A DNA stretch of 64,000 bases from Leptolyngbyaceae cyanobacterium (GCA_965263355.1 CBDHHL010000032.1:3871140-3935139); one strand, 5' to 3'. Shown: positions 44,195-55,428, counted from the stretch's first letter. A program made the numbers and translations. Notes: generated by a model not told the origin, from the sequence alone.

Positions 44195-44386
44195 ATGATG
44201 AATAATATGACTATACGCTACAATCCTTCTATTAGCGAAGAGCCTCGATATCAGGTTGCACAGCCTATTGTTCGAGCGGAAACACAAGAATCTATTTTAG
44301 ATTGGTTAGACCGTATTGGTCGGTTGTTACCACGTGTAGACGACTCTCAAACCGTTGCTATATCTAGAAATGATGAAGGCAAATAA
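44195..44386 (+). CDS. DUF3134-like small protein
   Basis: NPSISEEPR..ESILDWL..GRL. Confidence 0.7.
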   Translation: MMNNMTIRYNPSISEEPRYQVAQPIVRAETQESILDWLDRIGRLLPRVDDSQTVAISRNDEGK

Positions 44387-44463
44387 GTAGTTTAAAACAA
44401 ACTTGGGCATAGAGTCTTGTTGTAATAAATAAAGTGCTAAAATAAGAAAAGAGAATAGGTATA

Positions 44464-44572
44464 GGTTGCAGCATTTGTTTTTAGCATTAACGAGTTCCCA
44501 CGTTTTTTCTTGTTGACATATCTCTTTCCGAACGTTCACTCTTTACTTTTTTGATTTTGGAGTCAGTCTGTT
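44464..44572 (+). promoter_or_regulatory. Conserved rbp leader, copy 1
   Basis: Aligns with 45163-45264; TCCGAA can pair with the TTTGGAG RBS. Confidence 0.6.
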
Positions 44573-44827
44573 ATGTCAATTTATTTAGGAAACCTATCTT
44601 ATGAGGTTACAGAAGAGGAATTAACGGTTGTATGTGCAAAATATGGAATCGTTAAAAGTGTTTATCTTCCGACTGATCGTGAGACAGGCCGTCTTCGAGG
44701 CTTTGGTTTTGTATCAATGGGGGCCGAGACGGAAGAAGCTGCTGTTATTGAAGCGCTGGATGGGGCAGAGTGGATGGGACGTGAGTTAAAAGTCAATAAA
44801 GCTAAGCCTCGGGCGTTGAATAATTAA
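44573..44827 (+). CDS. rbp: RRM RNA-binding protein (RbpA family), no Gly-rich tail
   Basis: IYLGNL RNP2, RGFGFV RNP1, WMGRELKVNKAKP. Confidence 0.92.
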   Translation: MSIYLGNLSYEVTEEELTVVCAKYGIVKSVYLPTDRETGRLRGFGFVSMGAETEEAAVIEALDGAEWMGRELKVNKAKPRALNN

Positions 44828-44828
44828 G

Positions 44829-45103
44829 GGATGGTTTCAAAATGCACACGATGGACTGCCGTCATTGCTAATTCGAGCAGACTCGCAAGCATGGTCACAC
44901 ACGCAGGAAGTAAAACTGTCGGTGTCTCGTCTGTGATTGTCAGTTTGTTGAAACGCTCGCTCTTTGACGGTGGGTATTCAAATGACATCAGACAGCTGTG
45001 CCTGCACATGTATGTTAATGGGATGGGGTTTCGAGGCATTGAACGAGTGGCGGCCGGGGTGCATCACACCACAGTTATCTATTGGGTTAAATCAGATTGT
45101 TAG
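44829..45103 (+). pseudogene. IS1-family InsA-like transposase remnant
   Basis: Broken CxxC start; CLHMYVNGMGFRGIERV..VHHTTVIYWVK. Confidence 0.8.
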
Positions 45104-45162
45104 CAAGACGTAGATGATGCAAATAGAGGGAGAGAATAATTGCTTACGTCATTATCTGACTC

Positions 45163-45264
45163 GGTTACAGCATTTGCTTTTAGCATTAACGACTTTTCAC
45201 GTTTTTCTTGTTGCGCTCTCCGGACGTTCACTCTTCACTTTTTTGATTTTGGAGCCAATCTATT
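45163..45264 (+). promoter_or_regulatory. Conserved rbp leader, copy 2
   Basis: TCTCCGGA..TTTTGGAG; aligns with copy 1. Confidence 0.6.
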
Positions 45265-45534
45265 ATGTCGATTTACATAGGTAACCTGCCTTATGAGGTT
45301 ACTCAAGAAGAACTGACGGCTGTCTTTACACTATATGGAATGGTTAGAAGTGTTCATCTTCCACCTGATCGCGAAACAGGCCGTCTTCGAGGCTTTGGCT
45401 TTGTATCAATGGGTGCCGAGGCTGAAGAATCTGCTGCTATTGAAGCGCTGGATGGGGCAAAGTGGATGGAGCGTGAGTTGAAAGTTAATAAAGCTAAGCC
45501 TTGTCAAGAACTTGGCGGACGACTTTTCTCATAA
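45265..45534 (+). CDS. rbp: RRM RNA-binding protein (RbpA family), second copy
   Basis: IYIGNL, RGFGFV, ELKVNKAKP. Confidence 0.92.
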   Translation: MSIYIGNLPYEVTQEELTAVFTLYGMVRSVHLPPDRETGRLRGFGFVSMGAEAEESAAIEALDGAKWMERELKVNKAKPCQELGGRLFS

Positions 45535-45731
45535 CAAATTTATCATTAAAACTACGATGCCGCTCACTTACGTAACGGTACCATAGGTAAGTGGTATCTA
45601 GTGAATATTGTTGCAACGTGTGTCATGCAACAATCAGTATAATCACCCTAAAATATTTTCTTCTTCATTAGGCATTAGAGGGAAAAGTAGGCTCTTCGGA
45701 AAATTAGTTAGAATATCCTTGATCGATCGGT

Positions 45732-45861
45732 TAAGTAGATGAGCACAATTAATTTCAAAATCCTGGAAGCCCCCTAAGCCCCCAGAATTCGGGGTTGGGA
45801 GCCTTTTTAAAAGTGTTATCCTTGAAAAGTTCTTGTGTAAGTTATTTTGCCTACCTACTTA
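45732..45861. mobile_element. MITE-like element TAAGTAGAT..ACCTACTTA
   Basis: Terminal inverted repeats, CCCCCAGAATTCGGGG core; same family as 9502-9658. Confidence 0.6.
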
Positions 45862-46096
45862 ATGAAGGTTGTCGAGAAGTTTTTTGATCGATTGTCTAAG
45901 GATTTGATGCAAGTATTCTCTAGAGACGAAAGACAGCTTGTTCTGAATGAAGCAATAACTTACTCTTGAGCTTAAAGCCAATTCGATAAGTGTTTTCTGG
46001 ATTTAGATTGTTTATCTATACTTCACCTGAAATAAGCATTCGGCAAAAAACAACACATAATCAATTGCGGCTAAACGAAAATTATTAGCAGGTACC

Positions 46097-46650
46097 ATGC
46101 CACATCGCATCCATTATTATGACAGCAAACATTTAGAATCTCTTCCTCAATTACAAAAAATTTCTAATGCTGAACGACTAGCCATGAAGGCTGTCGCTCA
46201 AGTTCTTCCATTTCGCAGTAACAACTATGTTGTTGAGCAGTTGATTGATTGGCAAACTGTATCGGATGATCCCATTTTTCGATTGACATTCCCCCATCCT
46301 AATATGTTGCCTTGCTCTGATCTACAGAGGGTTACGCAGCTACTTGAGAGAAATGCTTCTAAGGAAGCACTGCAATCAGTTGCTAACGAAATACGACATC
46401 GTCTTATACCTCACCTAGCAGGTCAGAAAACACACAACATTCCCTACCTTGATTTAGATCCAGTACCTGGCCTGCAACATAAATACCGTTAGACAGTATT
46501 ACTCTTTCCAACGGCTGGTCAAAGTTGTCATGCCTATTGCACATTTTGCTTTCGCTGGTCTCAATTTGTTGGTGTTCCAGATTGGAAATTTGCTACACGA
46601 GAATATGGTCAATTCTGGGAGTATTTGCGAAGACATCCAGAAATCACTGA
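46097..46650 (+). pseudogene. KamA-family (lysine 2,3-aminomutase-like) radical SAM, internal stop and 3' truncation
   Basis: PFRSNNYV, DDPIF, GLQHKYR*TVLLFP..CHAYCTFCFRW. Confidence 0.85.
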
Positions 46651-46740
46651 GCCAAACTCTGCCAGTAACTCATCGGTGGGCACAGTGAGTTTACCAAGCT
46701 GACTAAAGGTATAGGACTGTTCAGGCTTGAGAATAGCCAT
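46650..46740 (-). pseudogene. 5' fragment of a cyanobacterial hypothetical protein
   Basis: MAILKPEQSYTFSQLGKLTVPTDELLAEFG, abutting the KamA fragment. Confidence 0.5.
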
Positions 46741-47048
46741 AGCAACGATTTAAGGAATAATGCAGCAGACCCGACCTAATTTTAACCTTGTTGAATCCGC
46801 CATCTACTGGAGCAATTTTGACAAAGGGCGAGAAAGCCTGACGCTAGTGCGGCGGTAGTTAGGCATACTGGTAGCGTGGCAGGTATGACCTGTTTAGGGT
46901 ATACGATGTAAATGCAAAGCTCCGTAGGAACGGTTATAGCGAAAGTAGAGGGGGAGTGAATTGCTAAAGTGGTTGATAATCAAACGGTTTGGAAACTTCA
47001 AAAGTGCCTGTAGGTAAACTTGACCGAAGTAAGATCAACTTACTGTAT

Positions 47049-48107
47049 TTAAGGACAGTTCCTGCTGGCCCAACCTGGAATAATATCAGCATAATCAGGC
47101 TTTTCTAGCCCCATCCAATCAATATCAGTGATTGTCGCTGCTGAATATTTGAAGTATTTTCTACCATGGGTTGTCACAGTTATCTGTTCACCCGGCGATA
47201 AAGGTTGTTTCAGCTCAATCAGGTCGACCCCTGTTAAACATTCAAAGTTCAGTCGCTCACCTTGCTCATCAAATAAGTCAACGGCCAGTACTACATATTG
47301 CTGAGCAATAGATGTTGAGTTTTGAAGTACGACTTCCAGGTGTGATTCACAAATTTCATTACCTGGTAGGCTTTCAACACAACCGGCTTCTACAGCTACT
47401 ATCTCTGTCCCAGAAGAACGGGGTTGGCCACTCTCTGAACTATTGGACGAGGCCAGCTCAGTAGCTACAAACTGTGCTCGCATCCAACCTTCTGTACCGG
47501 ATTTGTTCAGTTGCACATAGTACCAGACATAGTTGTCGTCTTCTGAACGCGATGACCGTAGCACTGAGATTGTGTCTCCTGCTATGCCATAGCCTAAGGA
47601 TTCTGAATAGGTGGTCGGTTGTGCCCTCAAATTAATATGGGCATTTCTCTCTTGGGCAACAATTTGGGCTGGTTGAGGGGCTGCTAAGGCGACTCCAAAC
47701 TCCGATGGTTTCTGACTAGTCGCATCCGTTATCTGTGGTGATGCTGGGCTAACCTCTACAGCAGGAGTATCTAGATTATCCTCAGTAATTGAAGTTTCAG
47801 TAGTTATAGGGAATGAAGCCGAGACATTAGTAGTACTTGGGGCCTCTGTATGAGAAGTTATTGGCTGTTGATGTTGACAACCAACGCTAACAGCCAGCAC
47901 ACCTGTAATTAGAGAATATTGAGCTATTTTCAAGAACATAGATCGACAAGGTAAAGGAGGTATTCTAGAATCTGGCCAGACAATTTTGCAGTTGTTCAAG
48001 CAGCCCTGAGATATCATATTGTGCTGTTTGCAGTTGTCTTTATTAGAAAAATACATTTGAGAACCGTAATTTTCCAGATGGATTTTGAATAAAACTGTAA
48101 ATTTCAA
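47049..48107 (-). CDS. SH3-domain putative lipoprotein (start likely ~47939)
   Basis: Lipobox-like AVSVGC, S/T/P linker, INLRAQP..WYYV..GWMR bacterial SH3. Confidence 0.7.
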   Translation of the reverse strand: MKFTVLFKIHLENYGSQMYFSNKDNCKQHNMISQGCLNNCKIVWPDSRIPPLPCRSMFLKIAQYSLITGVLAVSVGCQHQQPITSHTEAPSTTNVSASFPITTETSITEDNLDTPAVEVSPASPQITDATSQKPSEFGVALAAPQPAQIVAQERNAHINLRAQPTTYSESLGYGIAGDTISVLRSSRSEDDNYVWYYVQLNKSGTEGWMRAQFVATELASSNSSESGQPRSSGTEIVAVEAGCVESLPGNEICESHLEVVLQNSTSIAQQYVVLAVDLFDEQGERLNFECLTGVDLIELKQPLSPGEQITVTTHGRKYFKYSAATITDIDWMGLEKPDYADIIPGWASRNCP

Positions 48108-48134
48108 TGAAATCGAGACTGAGCTAGGAAAGGA

Positions 48135-48770
48135 TTGGCCTTAGTACAGAGCTTTATTGAGGCGAGATCGCTACAGTCATGGGCCGAGTCTGGCCATACG
48201 TTTAGTGAAGCGGAAGTGAAAGCGATCGCAACCCAACTACTTACTGTACTAACCTATCTGCACAGTCGGCAGCCACCAGTGATTCATCGGGATATTAAAC
48301 CGAGCAATATTTTGCTAAGCGATCGCAGCGGTAATCATCCTGGCCAGATTTATCTGGTTGATTTTGGCTCTGTTCAAACCATTAGCCATCCAGGCACTAT
48401 CACGGTTGTAGGCACCTACGGCTATATGCCACCGGAACAATTTGGGGGTAGAACAACGTCCGATTTGTATAGCTTGGGGGCAACTCTAATTTATCTGCTA
48501 GACGGATGCAAAGTGCACGCTTGAAAAGACATCTGAATCCTTAGAGATTTCTGCACCGGCTGGCCCCAAAAGCGGGTTAGTTCCAGTCGGATGTATTGCC
48601 TGCTTCTTTTTGGTGCCAATTTATTTATCAGTAGTAGTTTCCTCATTTTAGTTGGGCATCGACAGTTTTGGCTATCGCAGCAGGAGGCTTATTGGCTCGC
48701 TCACGAGTTAAGTACCCGGTGGAAGTTACCAGTGGCTGAGTTAGAGGTTATTGAAACTCAGTCTGCATAG
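48135..48770 (+). pseudogene. Ser/Thr protein kinase remnant with deletions
   Basis: HRDIKPSN, DFG, GTYGYMPPEQ, SDLYSLG; no N-lobe; separate C-terminal piece QEAYWLAHELS near 48680. Confidence 0.8.
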
Positions 48771-48997
48771 CTTATCGAGCTATTATTTGACTTATCATGG
48801 AGTTTGTCGTGTTTCCCGTTATGCCTGTAATCTCCTACCTGTCTATCATTAGGATGTGTCAAGCAAATGCTAATGATAAAATTGGCCCTCAGGTTGTGTG
48901 AGGTCAGTAATGTGCTTGCTCTAAGTATAAAAAGAGCATTATTGATTTAGGGGGTTAATCGATCTATCCTAGCAATCTGCTCAGGTGGTGTTGCGAT

Positions 48998-51900
48998 ATG
49001 TTGATGCGCTGGTTGTCTCAAGGGACGTTGTTGAGCTGTTTGCTATGGTTGCTGAGTCATGGGGGTGCCATGGCGCAACTGCGGCCTGATACTACGCTGG
49101 GTGCAGAAAGTTCAACGGTGACGCCTTTAGAGGCTCAAACTGTCCAGATTGATGGGGGTGCAGCACGAGATAGTACTCTATTTCATAGCTTTAGCGAATT
49201 CAATATTGATGAGAAACAAGGCGCATACTTTACTAGCCCTACGAATATTGAAAACATTTTTAGTCGGGTCACAGGGGAAAACGGCTCAAACATTTTTGGC
49301 ACGTTGGGGGTACTAGGCAATGCCAACCTATTTTTGCTTAATCCCAATGGAATTGTGTTTGGCCCCGATGCCAGGCTGGATATTCAGGGAAGCTTTTTAG
49401 CAACCACCGCTGACAGCTTTATATTTTCTGGTGGTGAAACATTTAGTGCCAGTAGCCCGGAAGCTCCTCCATTACTCGTGCTAAATGTGATGCCAGGGGT
49501 ACAGTTTGGAGGAACATCTCAGGGGGCTATTACCAGCACGAGTTATCTGGAAGTTGGACAAGACCTGACGCTATTGGCTAATCAGCTCTATCTGGAAGGG
49601 CAGTTAAGGGCAGAGAATGACTTAACCTTGCAAGGCCAAGATACAGTAACGATTCGAGATACACCGACGGATGCCTTTTTGGCTCACTCAGGCGGTGACT
49701 TGACCATTCAGGGTAATCAAGGGATTGATATTTGGACGCTACAGCATTTGGAACAAAGCCCGTTTATTAGTGGTGGTGCCCTCACTCTGATAAGTGATGG
49801 AGAGATTTCTGGTGATGCCCACTTTCAAAGTGGTGCAGGGGTAAGCTTTGTCACCTTGACAGGTGACCCTGGCACGTTTGTTAGCGAGCATGATCCGATT
49901 ATTTTGGCAGACGGTGATGTGGTTTTTGGCGACTATACAGGAGCCTCACTCAAGGTAGAAGCCACTGGCAGCATTCGCGGGGGAAATATTAGAATTACTG
50001 GCCCAGATACAGCCCTGATTGCTGATGGCTCTGGGTCTGATGAAGACTTGTTAGCCAGTGGTCGAACAGCCATTTTGCGAGCAGGGGTAAATTCGATCAG
50101 TAGTCCGGCTAATACGCCTCAGTCAGCTGGTGGGACTACGTTTGTTTTAGCGCCAGAAACTACTCCAGCTAGTATTCAACTCAGCAGTGTTGATACATTT
50201 AGCAGCATTGGAGAAGACGGTGGGCCAATAATTTTAGCTGCCGATGGCGATCTAACAATTACCGGTGATGTAAGCTCGTCCTCATATTCAGAAATTGGTG
50301 ATGCAGCTAATGGCGGCGATATTATCATCACTTCAATTTCTGGCAACATTACCCTTGAGGGAGAAGTTAATGCGTCCTCAGAAGCATTTATTGTTGGAAG
50401 TTCTAGTGATTCTGGCAACATCCTGATTTCATCCATATCGGGTGATATTACTACTGAGGAAAAGGTCAAAGCTCTTGCTTTTTCCCGTACAGAAAATGCA
50501 GGTAATGCTGGTGAGATAGCTGTGCAATCAGCATCTGGCAATGTCACTATCAATAACGTCCTTGAAACTTTTTCTTCAGCCAAAATGGGAGATAGTGGCA
50601 ATGGTGGCAATATTTCAATATCTGGAGACGCAATTGCCATCAACGAAAGGTTAAACTCGTTCACCATTACAGATATAGGCGTAGCCGGTGATGCAGGAGA
50701 CATATCGCTTACCTCCAGGACTGGCGATATTTTAGTTTTGGCAAGTGCAGTGCCAATGGAGGAGTTAGAAAGTGCAGGGCTAAAGTCCTGGTCGATTTCT
50801 GATTCTGGTATAGCTGGTAATGGTGGCAATATCTCTCTTTTGTCAATCTCTGGAAATATTGTCATAGATATTGATTTAGAGTCTTTTTCTAAATCGGAAA
50901 CAGGTATTGCTGGCAATGGAGGCGACATTAGAATCTCCTCAAGATTAGGAGACATTTCTACTGACCAAATTCTGTTGGCGAATTCATTTTCTGAAGCAAC
51001 AGGTACCGCTGGTGATGGAGGTAACATATCTATCTCTTCACTATCAGGGGATATCTCTACTCAACAACGATTAACTACACAATCATTTACCTTAGCGGGG
51101 GATGCTGGCAATGGAGGCGATATTTCAATTTCCTCACTATCAGGAGATATATCGACCAATGAAATAGACGCTTCATCATTCACGTTCCCTTGGAAGGATG
51201 ATCCCAACGTTGATGAGTCACAGTCTATTGAACCCACTGGCGATGGGGGGGATATCTCTATCACGTCAGTATCGGGTGATATAACGGCCACTGGTTTTAT
51301 CGGCTCATCGTCCTTTTCTCGCTATGGTGACGTTGGCCGTGGTGGAAATATATCTTTGACTACGCAGGAAGGGTCACTCGATCTTGAGGGTAATACCATC
51401 ACTGCCATAGCTGTTTCAGAAGTAGATGGCAATACTGGCTCAGGTGGAAACGTGTCTTTGCAAGCCCCAATAATTTCGAATACAGCCGTGTTAACGGCTT
51501 CCAGTGGCGGAGTTTCCGGTGATGTTGATATTAGAGATTTTGGTGGGGGCTTACAACTCAACAATTTGCAATTGACTACCAGTGGCCAAATTCAATTGTC
51601 TAACCCTAATAATACTCAGACTCTCTCTTTAGACTTTAGTCGTTTTGAACAGTCTGGGAATACCATTATTGCCAGTTCTGGAGATTTAACAATCAATAAT
51701 GTTAGGCTGTTAAGTGATGCAAATGGTGCAGCTGATGCTGGTAATGTTAAAATCTCTAGCTCAGATAACCTTCAAGTCAACAACAGTGAGATACTGAGCA
51801 ATACCAACATAGGAAGCTCTGGGGATGGAGGTAGTATCGAGATCAACAGCATAGAGAATATTGTTATTAATAACAGTATAGTTAGTACTGATACTGCTGG

Positions 51901-52594
51901 TAATGGTCGAGCAGGCAATATCATGATTAATACCCTGGGAGACTTTTTGCTGTTGCGAAACGGCAGTAATATTTCCACTAATGCTGGGACTGACGGAGTG
52001 GGGGGCGACGGAGGAAACATTGAGATTATCATTCCTAATGGGGTTATCGTAGCTGTTCCTCAGGAAAACAGTGACATTAGTGCCAATGCCGTTACTGGAG
52101 ATGGTGGTCGGGTGGAAATTGATGCGATTCAGTTGCTTGGGATTGCCATGCGATCGCAGCTCACCCCACTAAGCGACATCACAGCCAGTTCTGAGCTAGG
52201 TACCCCTGGCACCGTCACTAGTAATCTCTCAGAACCGACGCCGTCAGCAGAGGTAACCAGCCTGCCGGATATTCCAGAGGCTGAGGCCATTACCCAAGGA
52301 TGTCTGGCGAGTTCCGGCCAAACTGGTGAATTTTTTAAAACGGGGCGGGGCGGTATTGCTACCAGTCCGGGAGAACCGCTAGAGGCTGAGGACCTCTGGC
52401 GAGATTTGCGGCTACCTGCTGAGCACTCCTCTAGGGGCACAAGTCCCTCTCCTAATTCTTTAGTGGAAGCCACTGGTTGGATGGTGAATGAAACAGGACT
52501 GGTCGACCTCGCAAACCGGGCCTCCGCTGAACGCACGACAGGTTATTGCGCCTTGAATCAAGCGTTGGAAACCCCCCAGAGCCCATATGAATAA
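48998..52594 (+). CDS. Filamentous haemagglutinin-family exoprotein (TpsA-like)
   Basis: Signal peptide, LFHSFSEF, NPNGI TPS domain, repeated GNGGDISI units, TGRGG C-terminal motif. Confidence 0.92.
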   Translation: MLMRWLSQGTLLSCLLWLLSHGGAMAQLRPDTTLGAESSTVTPLEAQTVQIDGGAARDSTLFHSFSEFNIDEKQGAYFTSPTNIENIFSRVTGENGSNIFGTLGVLGNANLFLLNPNGIVFGPDARLDIQGSFLATTADSFIFSGGETFSASSPEAPPLLVLNVMPGVQFGGTSQGAITSTSYLEVGQDLTLLANQLYLEGQLRAENDLTLQGQDTVTIRDTPTDAFLAHSGGDLTIQGNQGIDIWTLQHLEQSPFISGGALTLISDGEISGDAHFQSGAGVSFVTLTGDPGTFVSEHDPIILADGDVVFGDYTGASLKVEATGSIRGGNIRITGPDTALIADGSGSDEDLLASGRTAILRAGVNSISSPANTPQSAGGTTFVLAPETTPASIQLSSVDTFSSIGEDGGPIILAADGDLTITGDVSSSSYSEIGDAANGGDIIITSISGNITLEGEVNASSEAFIVGSSSDSGNILISSISGDITTEEKVKALAFSRTENAGNAGEIAVQSASGNVTINNVLETFSSAKMGDSGNGGNISISGDAIAINERLNSFTITDIGVAGDAGDISLTSRTGDILVLASAVPMEELESAGLKSWSISDSGIAGNGGNISLLSISGNIVIDIDLESFSKSETGIAGNGGDIRISSRLGDISTDQILLANSFSEATGTAGDGGNISISSLSGDISTQQRLTTQSFTLAGDAGNGGDISISSLSGDISTNEIDASSFTFPWKDDPNVDESQSIEPTGDGGDISITSVSGDITATGFIGSSSFSRYGDVGRGGNISLTTQEGSLDLEGNTITAIAVSEVDGNTGSGGNVSLQAPIISNTAVLTASSGGVSGDVDIRDFGGGLQLNNLQLTTSGQIQLSNPNNTQTLSLDFSRFEQSGNTIIASSGDLTINNVRLLSDANGAADAGNVKISSSDNLQVNNSEILSNTNIGSSGDGGSIEINSIENIVINNSIVSTDTAGNGRAGNIMINTLGDFLLLRNGSNISTNAGTDGVGGDGGNIEIIIPNGVIVAVPQENSDISANAVTGDGGRVEIDAIQLLGIAMRSQLTPLSDITASSELGTPGTVTSNLSEPTPSAEVTSLPDIPEAEAITQGCLASSGQTGEFFKTGRGGIATSPGEPLEAEDLWRDLRLPAEHSSRGTSPSPNSLVEATGWMVNETGLVDLANRASAERTTGYCALNQALETPQSPYE

Positions 52595-55316
52595 GGTCAT
52601 GATCGGCATTCCTCGCAAAACACTTCAGTTTTTGATGGGTTTGCTTTTAGGCCTGACAATCGCTCTAGGCTCTCCCCTGATATCTGCACAATCGGCTGAA
52701 ACGGTATCCCCAGCGCCCCAGGTGAATGCTACCTCAACCCTTCTACAGCAAGGGACCGATCTGTATGAGGCTGGACGCTTTACCGAAGCTGTTGCGGTGT
52801 GGCAGCAGGCCGCTGCCACCTTGGAAACATTAGGGCAGTCATTAGATCGGGCCCTGGTATTGGGCAATCTCTCGGCGGCGTATCAAGATCTAGGGCAATG
52901 GAGCGAGGCGGAAATAGCGATGAATCGCAGTCTAGCGGTACTGGAAACAGTCGCACCAGAGTCTGACCCAGGGCGATATGACGCGATTTTAGCTAGAGTG
53001 CTTAACCATCAAGGACATCTGCTCTGGTTGCAGGGGCAATTAGAGGCCGCTGTGGACGTCTGGCAGCAATCGGCCCTGGCCTATGCCAACGCCGATGATG
53101 AAACCGGCGTTCTTGGTAGTCTCATCAATCAGTCGAAAGTGCTTCAGGTCCTGGGGTTGAGTATTCAAAGTGAGGTGTTGCTCCAGCAGGTGAGTGAACG
53201 GCTAGAGCAAACAGCGGAACCTGGTTTAAAAGCCACAGGACTGCGACAGTTGGGAAATGCCCTGCGGCGTGTGGGGAAACTAGAGGCAGCTCGCGAAACC
53301 CTGGAGCAAAGCTTACCGCTTACCACCACATCTAATGTCCAAAGTTCTGTGTTTTTAGAACTGGGCAATACAGAACGTGCCCTCAGGAACCGTGCCCTGG
53401 CTTTGGGTAAAACGGATGACGCTCAAACGTTTACCCAAGAGGCCCTGAGTAATTATGCACAGGCAGCAGCCGTCGATGACCCACCACGCAAGATCCGTGC
53501 TCAGCTCAATCAGTTTAGTCTGCTGGTGGAAATGGGGGAACAGACAACAGCACTCAAACTTCTCCCAGATATTCAAATCTCACTGCAGCTGCTTTCTCCG
53601 GGACGGGCAGCTGTTTATGCTCGCTTAAATTTGGCCCAACGTTTGATATGTTTTCAGCCTGGGGCGACAGCAGTATCCTGTCGGTCCTCTCGTCCAGAGG
53701 CCCAGGTATCGACTGCTCGCCCTGCATTTCCTGCATCTATGGATGGCCCTTCCCTACAATCAATTGGAGAACTCTTGGCCACTGCATTTCAGCAGGCGCA
53801 ACAGCTGTCTGACCCGCGAGCCCAAGCCCATGCCCTGGGTCAACTGGGAGAACTCTATGAGTTAACCCAACAGTGGTCAGAGGCGCGATCGCTAACGGAG
53901 CAGGCATTGACAATGGCCGAAACCATTCGTGCCCCTGAAATTCGCTACCGATGGGAATGGCAGCTGGGGCGACTGTTAGAAAAGGAAGGGGATCAGGTGG
54001 GTGCGATCGCAGCCTATAACCGCTCTATTAAAGAACTTAAGGCTGCCCGCAACGACTTACTCCTGGTAGATCCAGAGGTGCAATTCTCATTTCGCGACAA
54101 TGTTGAACCCGTTTACCGCCGACTGATTAGTTTATTGGTTAACCCAACACAGAATCCATCTCCCAGTCAGGCAAGTTTGAAGCAAGCTATCCAAACCATT
54201 GATGGCTTACAACTGGCTGAAATCGAAAACTACCTGGGATGTAACCTGGGTCAACGAGTACAACTGATTGAAAAAAACTTGGACCCTACAGCCGCTATTT
54301 TTTACATCATCACATTGCCAGAGCAGTTGGTAGTGATCTTAAAGCTACCTGACTCCGAGGATGTGCTGCTGCACACAACCCCAGTAACCAAACAACAGGT
54401 AGATACCACGCTTAAAACCTTGAGACAGAAGCTGGGCAAGCCTTTTCCGGACCCGGACGGTAAGGTAAAAGCACAGCAAGTGTATGACTGGGTGATTCGT
54501 CCTGTGGAATCCTTGCTGACCCAACATCAAATCGAAACCCTGGTGTTTGTTCTAGATGGGTCACTGCGGAGTGTCCCCATGGCAGCGCTCTACGATGGTC
54601 AGCAATATTTGATTGAAAAATTTGCCATTGCGCTTACCCCCAACTCCCAGCTCTTCACTCCCAAACCCCTCAGCCACAATAAGCTACAGGTGCAGGCCTT
54701 TGGCATCTCTGATTTTCAATCTGATAACCCTAATGCGTTTCCCCATCACGAGAACTTTGGAGATTTGCCATATGTTGCAGAAGAACTAGACCAGCTTCAG
54801 CAGTATGCCTCGGGGGATGAATTTTTAAACGAGCAATTTACCCGTTCAGTATTACAGGCCCAAACCCTTGAATCGTCACCCATTATCCACATTGCTACCC
54901 ATGGACAGTTTAGCTCTGACCCCAGGGAAACATTTATTGTTGCCTGGGATGAGAAAATTGACGTATTTAGCTTGAGTAGCATTTTGCGAAATCGTCAGGA
55001 AAGCGGCTCTAATCCCATCGAGTTGCTCGTGTTGAGTGCCTGCCAAACAGCCGTAGGGGATGATCGTGCCATTCTCGGTCTGGCGGGCATTGCCATTCAG
55101 TCCGGCGCGCGCAGTACCCTCTCCTCACTATGGGTGATTCAAGACCAATCCACCGCCATACTGATGAGCTTGTTTTATCAAGCATTAAACGACCCCAGCA
55201 CTTCGGTAACAAGAGCTGAGGCTCTCCGTCAAGCGCAGTTGCAGCTGATGAAAATTCCTGGATATCCAGCCCCCTATTATTGGGCCCCCTATGTGATCGT
55301 CGGAGGCTGGCTGTAG
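52587..55316 (+). CDS. Secreted TPR-CHAT (caspase-like) domain protein
   Basis: TPRs, HIATHGQF, LVLSACQTA, SLW, PYYWAPY. Confidence 0.93.
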   Translation: MNKVMIGIPRKTLQFLMGLLLGLTIALGSPLISAQSAETVSPAPQVNATSTLLQQGTDLYEAGRFTEAVAVWQQAAATLETLGQSLDRALVLGNLSAAYQDLGQWSEAEIAMNRSLAVLETVAPESDPGRYDAILARVLNHQGHLLWLQGQLEAAVDVWQQSALAYANADDETGVLGSLINQSKVLQVLGLSIQSEVLLQQVSERLEQTAEPGLKATGLRQLGNALRRVGKLEAARETLEQSLPLTTTSNVQSSVFLELGNTERALRNRALALGKTDDAQTFTQEALSNYAQAAAVDDPPRKIRAQLNQFSLLVEMGEQTTALKLLPDIQISLQLLSPGRAAVYARLNLAQRLICFQPGATAVSCRSSRPEAQVSTARPAFPASMDGPSLQSIGELLATAFQQAQQLSDPRAQAHALGQLGELYELTQQWSEARSLTEQALTMAETIRAPEIRYRWEWQLGRLLEKEGDQVGAIAAYNRSIKELKAARNDLLLVDPEVQFSFRDNVEPVYRRLISLLVNPTQNPSPSQASLKQAIQTIDGLQLAEIENYLGCNLGQRVQLIEKNLDPTAAIFYIITLPEQLVVILKLPDSEDVLLHTTPVTKQQVDTTLKTLRQKLGKPFPDPDGKVKAQQVYDWVIRPVESLLTQHQIETLVFVLDGSLRSVPMAALYDGQQYLIEKFAIALTPNSQLFTPKPLSHNKLQVQAFGISDFQSDNPNAFPHHENFGDLPYVAEELDQLQQYASGDEFLNEQFTRSVLQAQTLESSPIIHIATHGQFSSDPRETFIVAWDEKIDVFSLSSILRNRQESGSNPIELLVLSACQTAVGDDRAILGLAGIAIQSGARSTLSSLWVIQDQSTAILMSLFYQALNDPSTSVTRAEALRQAQLQLMKIPGYPAPYYWAPYVIVGGWL

Positions 55317-55344
55317 GGAGAGATGGGAAACTTCGACTAGGGCA

Positions 55345-55384
55345 GAATTCGGAGTTGGGAATTCGGAGTTCGGAGTTCCGAACT
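55345..55384. repeat. Heptamer tandem repeat (TTCGGAG-type, STRR-like)
   Basis: GAATTCGGAGTTGGGAATTCGGAGTTCGGAG. Confidence 0.7.
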
Positions 55385-55428
55385 TTAGAGCCCTGAGAAA
55401 ATCGTTCCGCTTTGCGTTGATCCCAAAA

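Noticed and set aside
50176..52536. Long antisense ORFs inside the FHA gene, and similar ones inside groEL, ftsH and prohibitin
   Set aside because: Shadow frames of repetitive or biased coding sequence with no motifs of their own.
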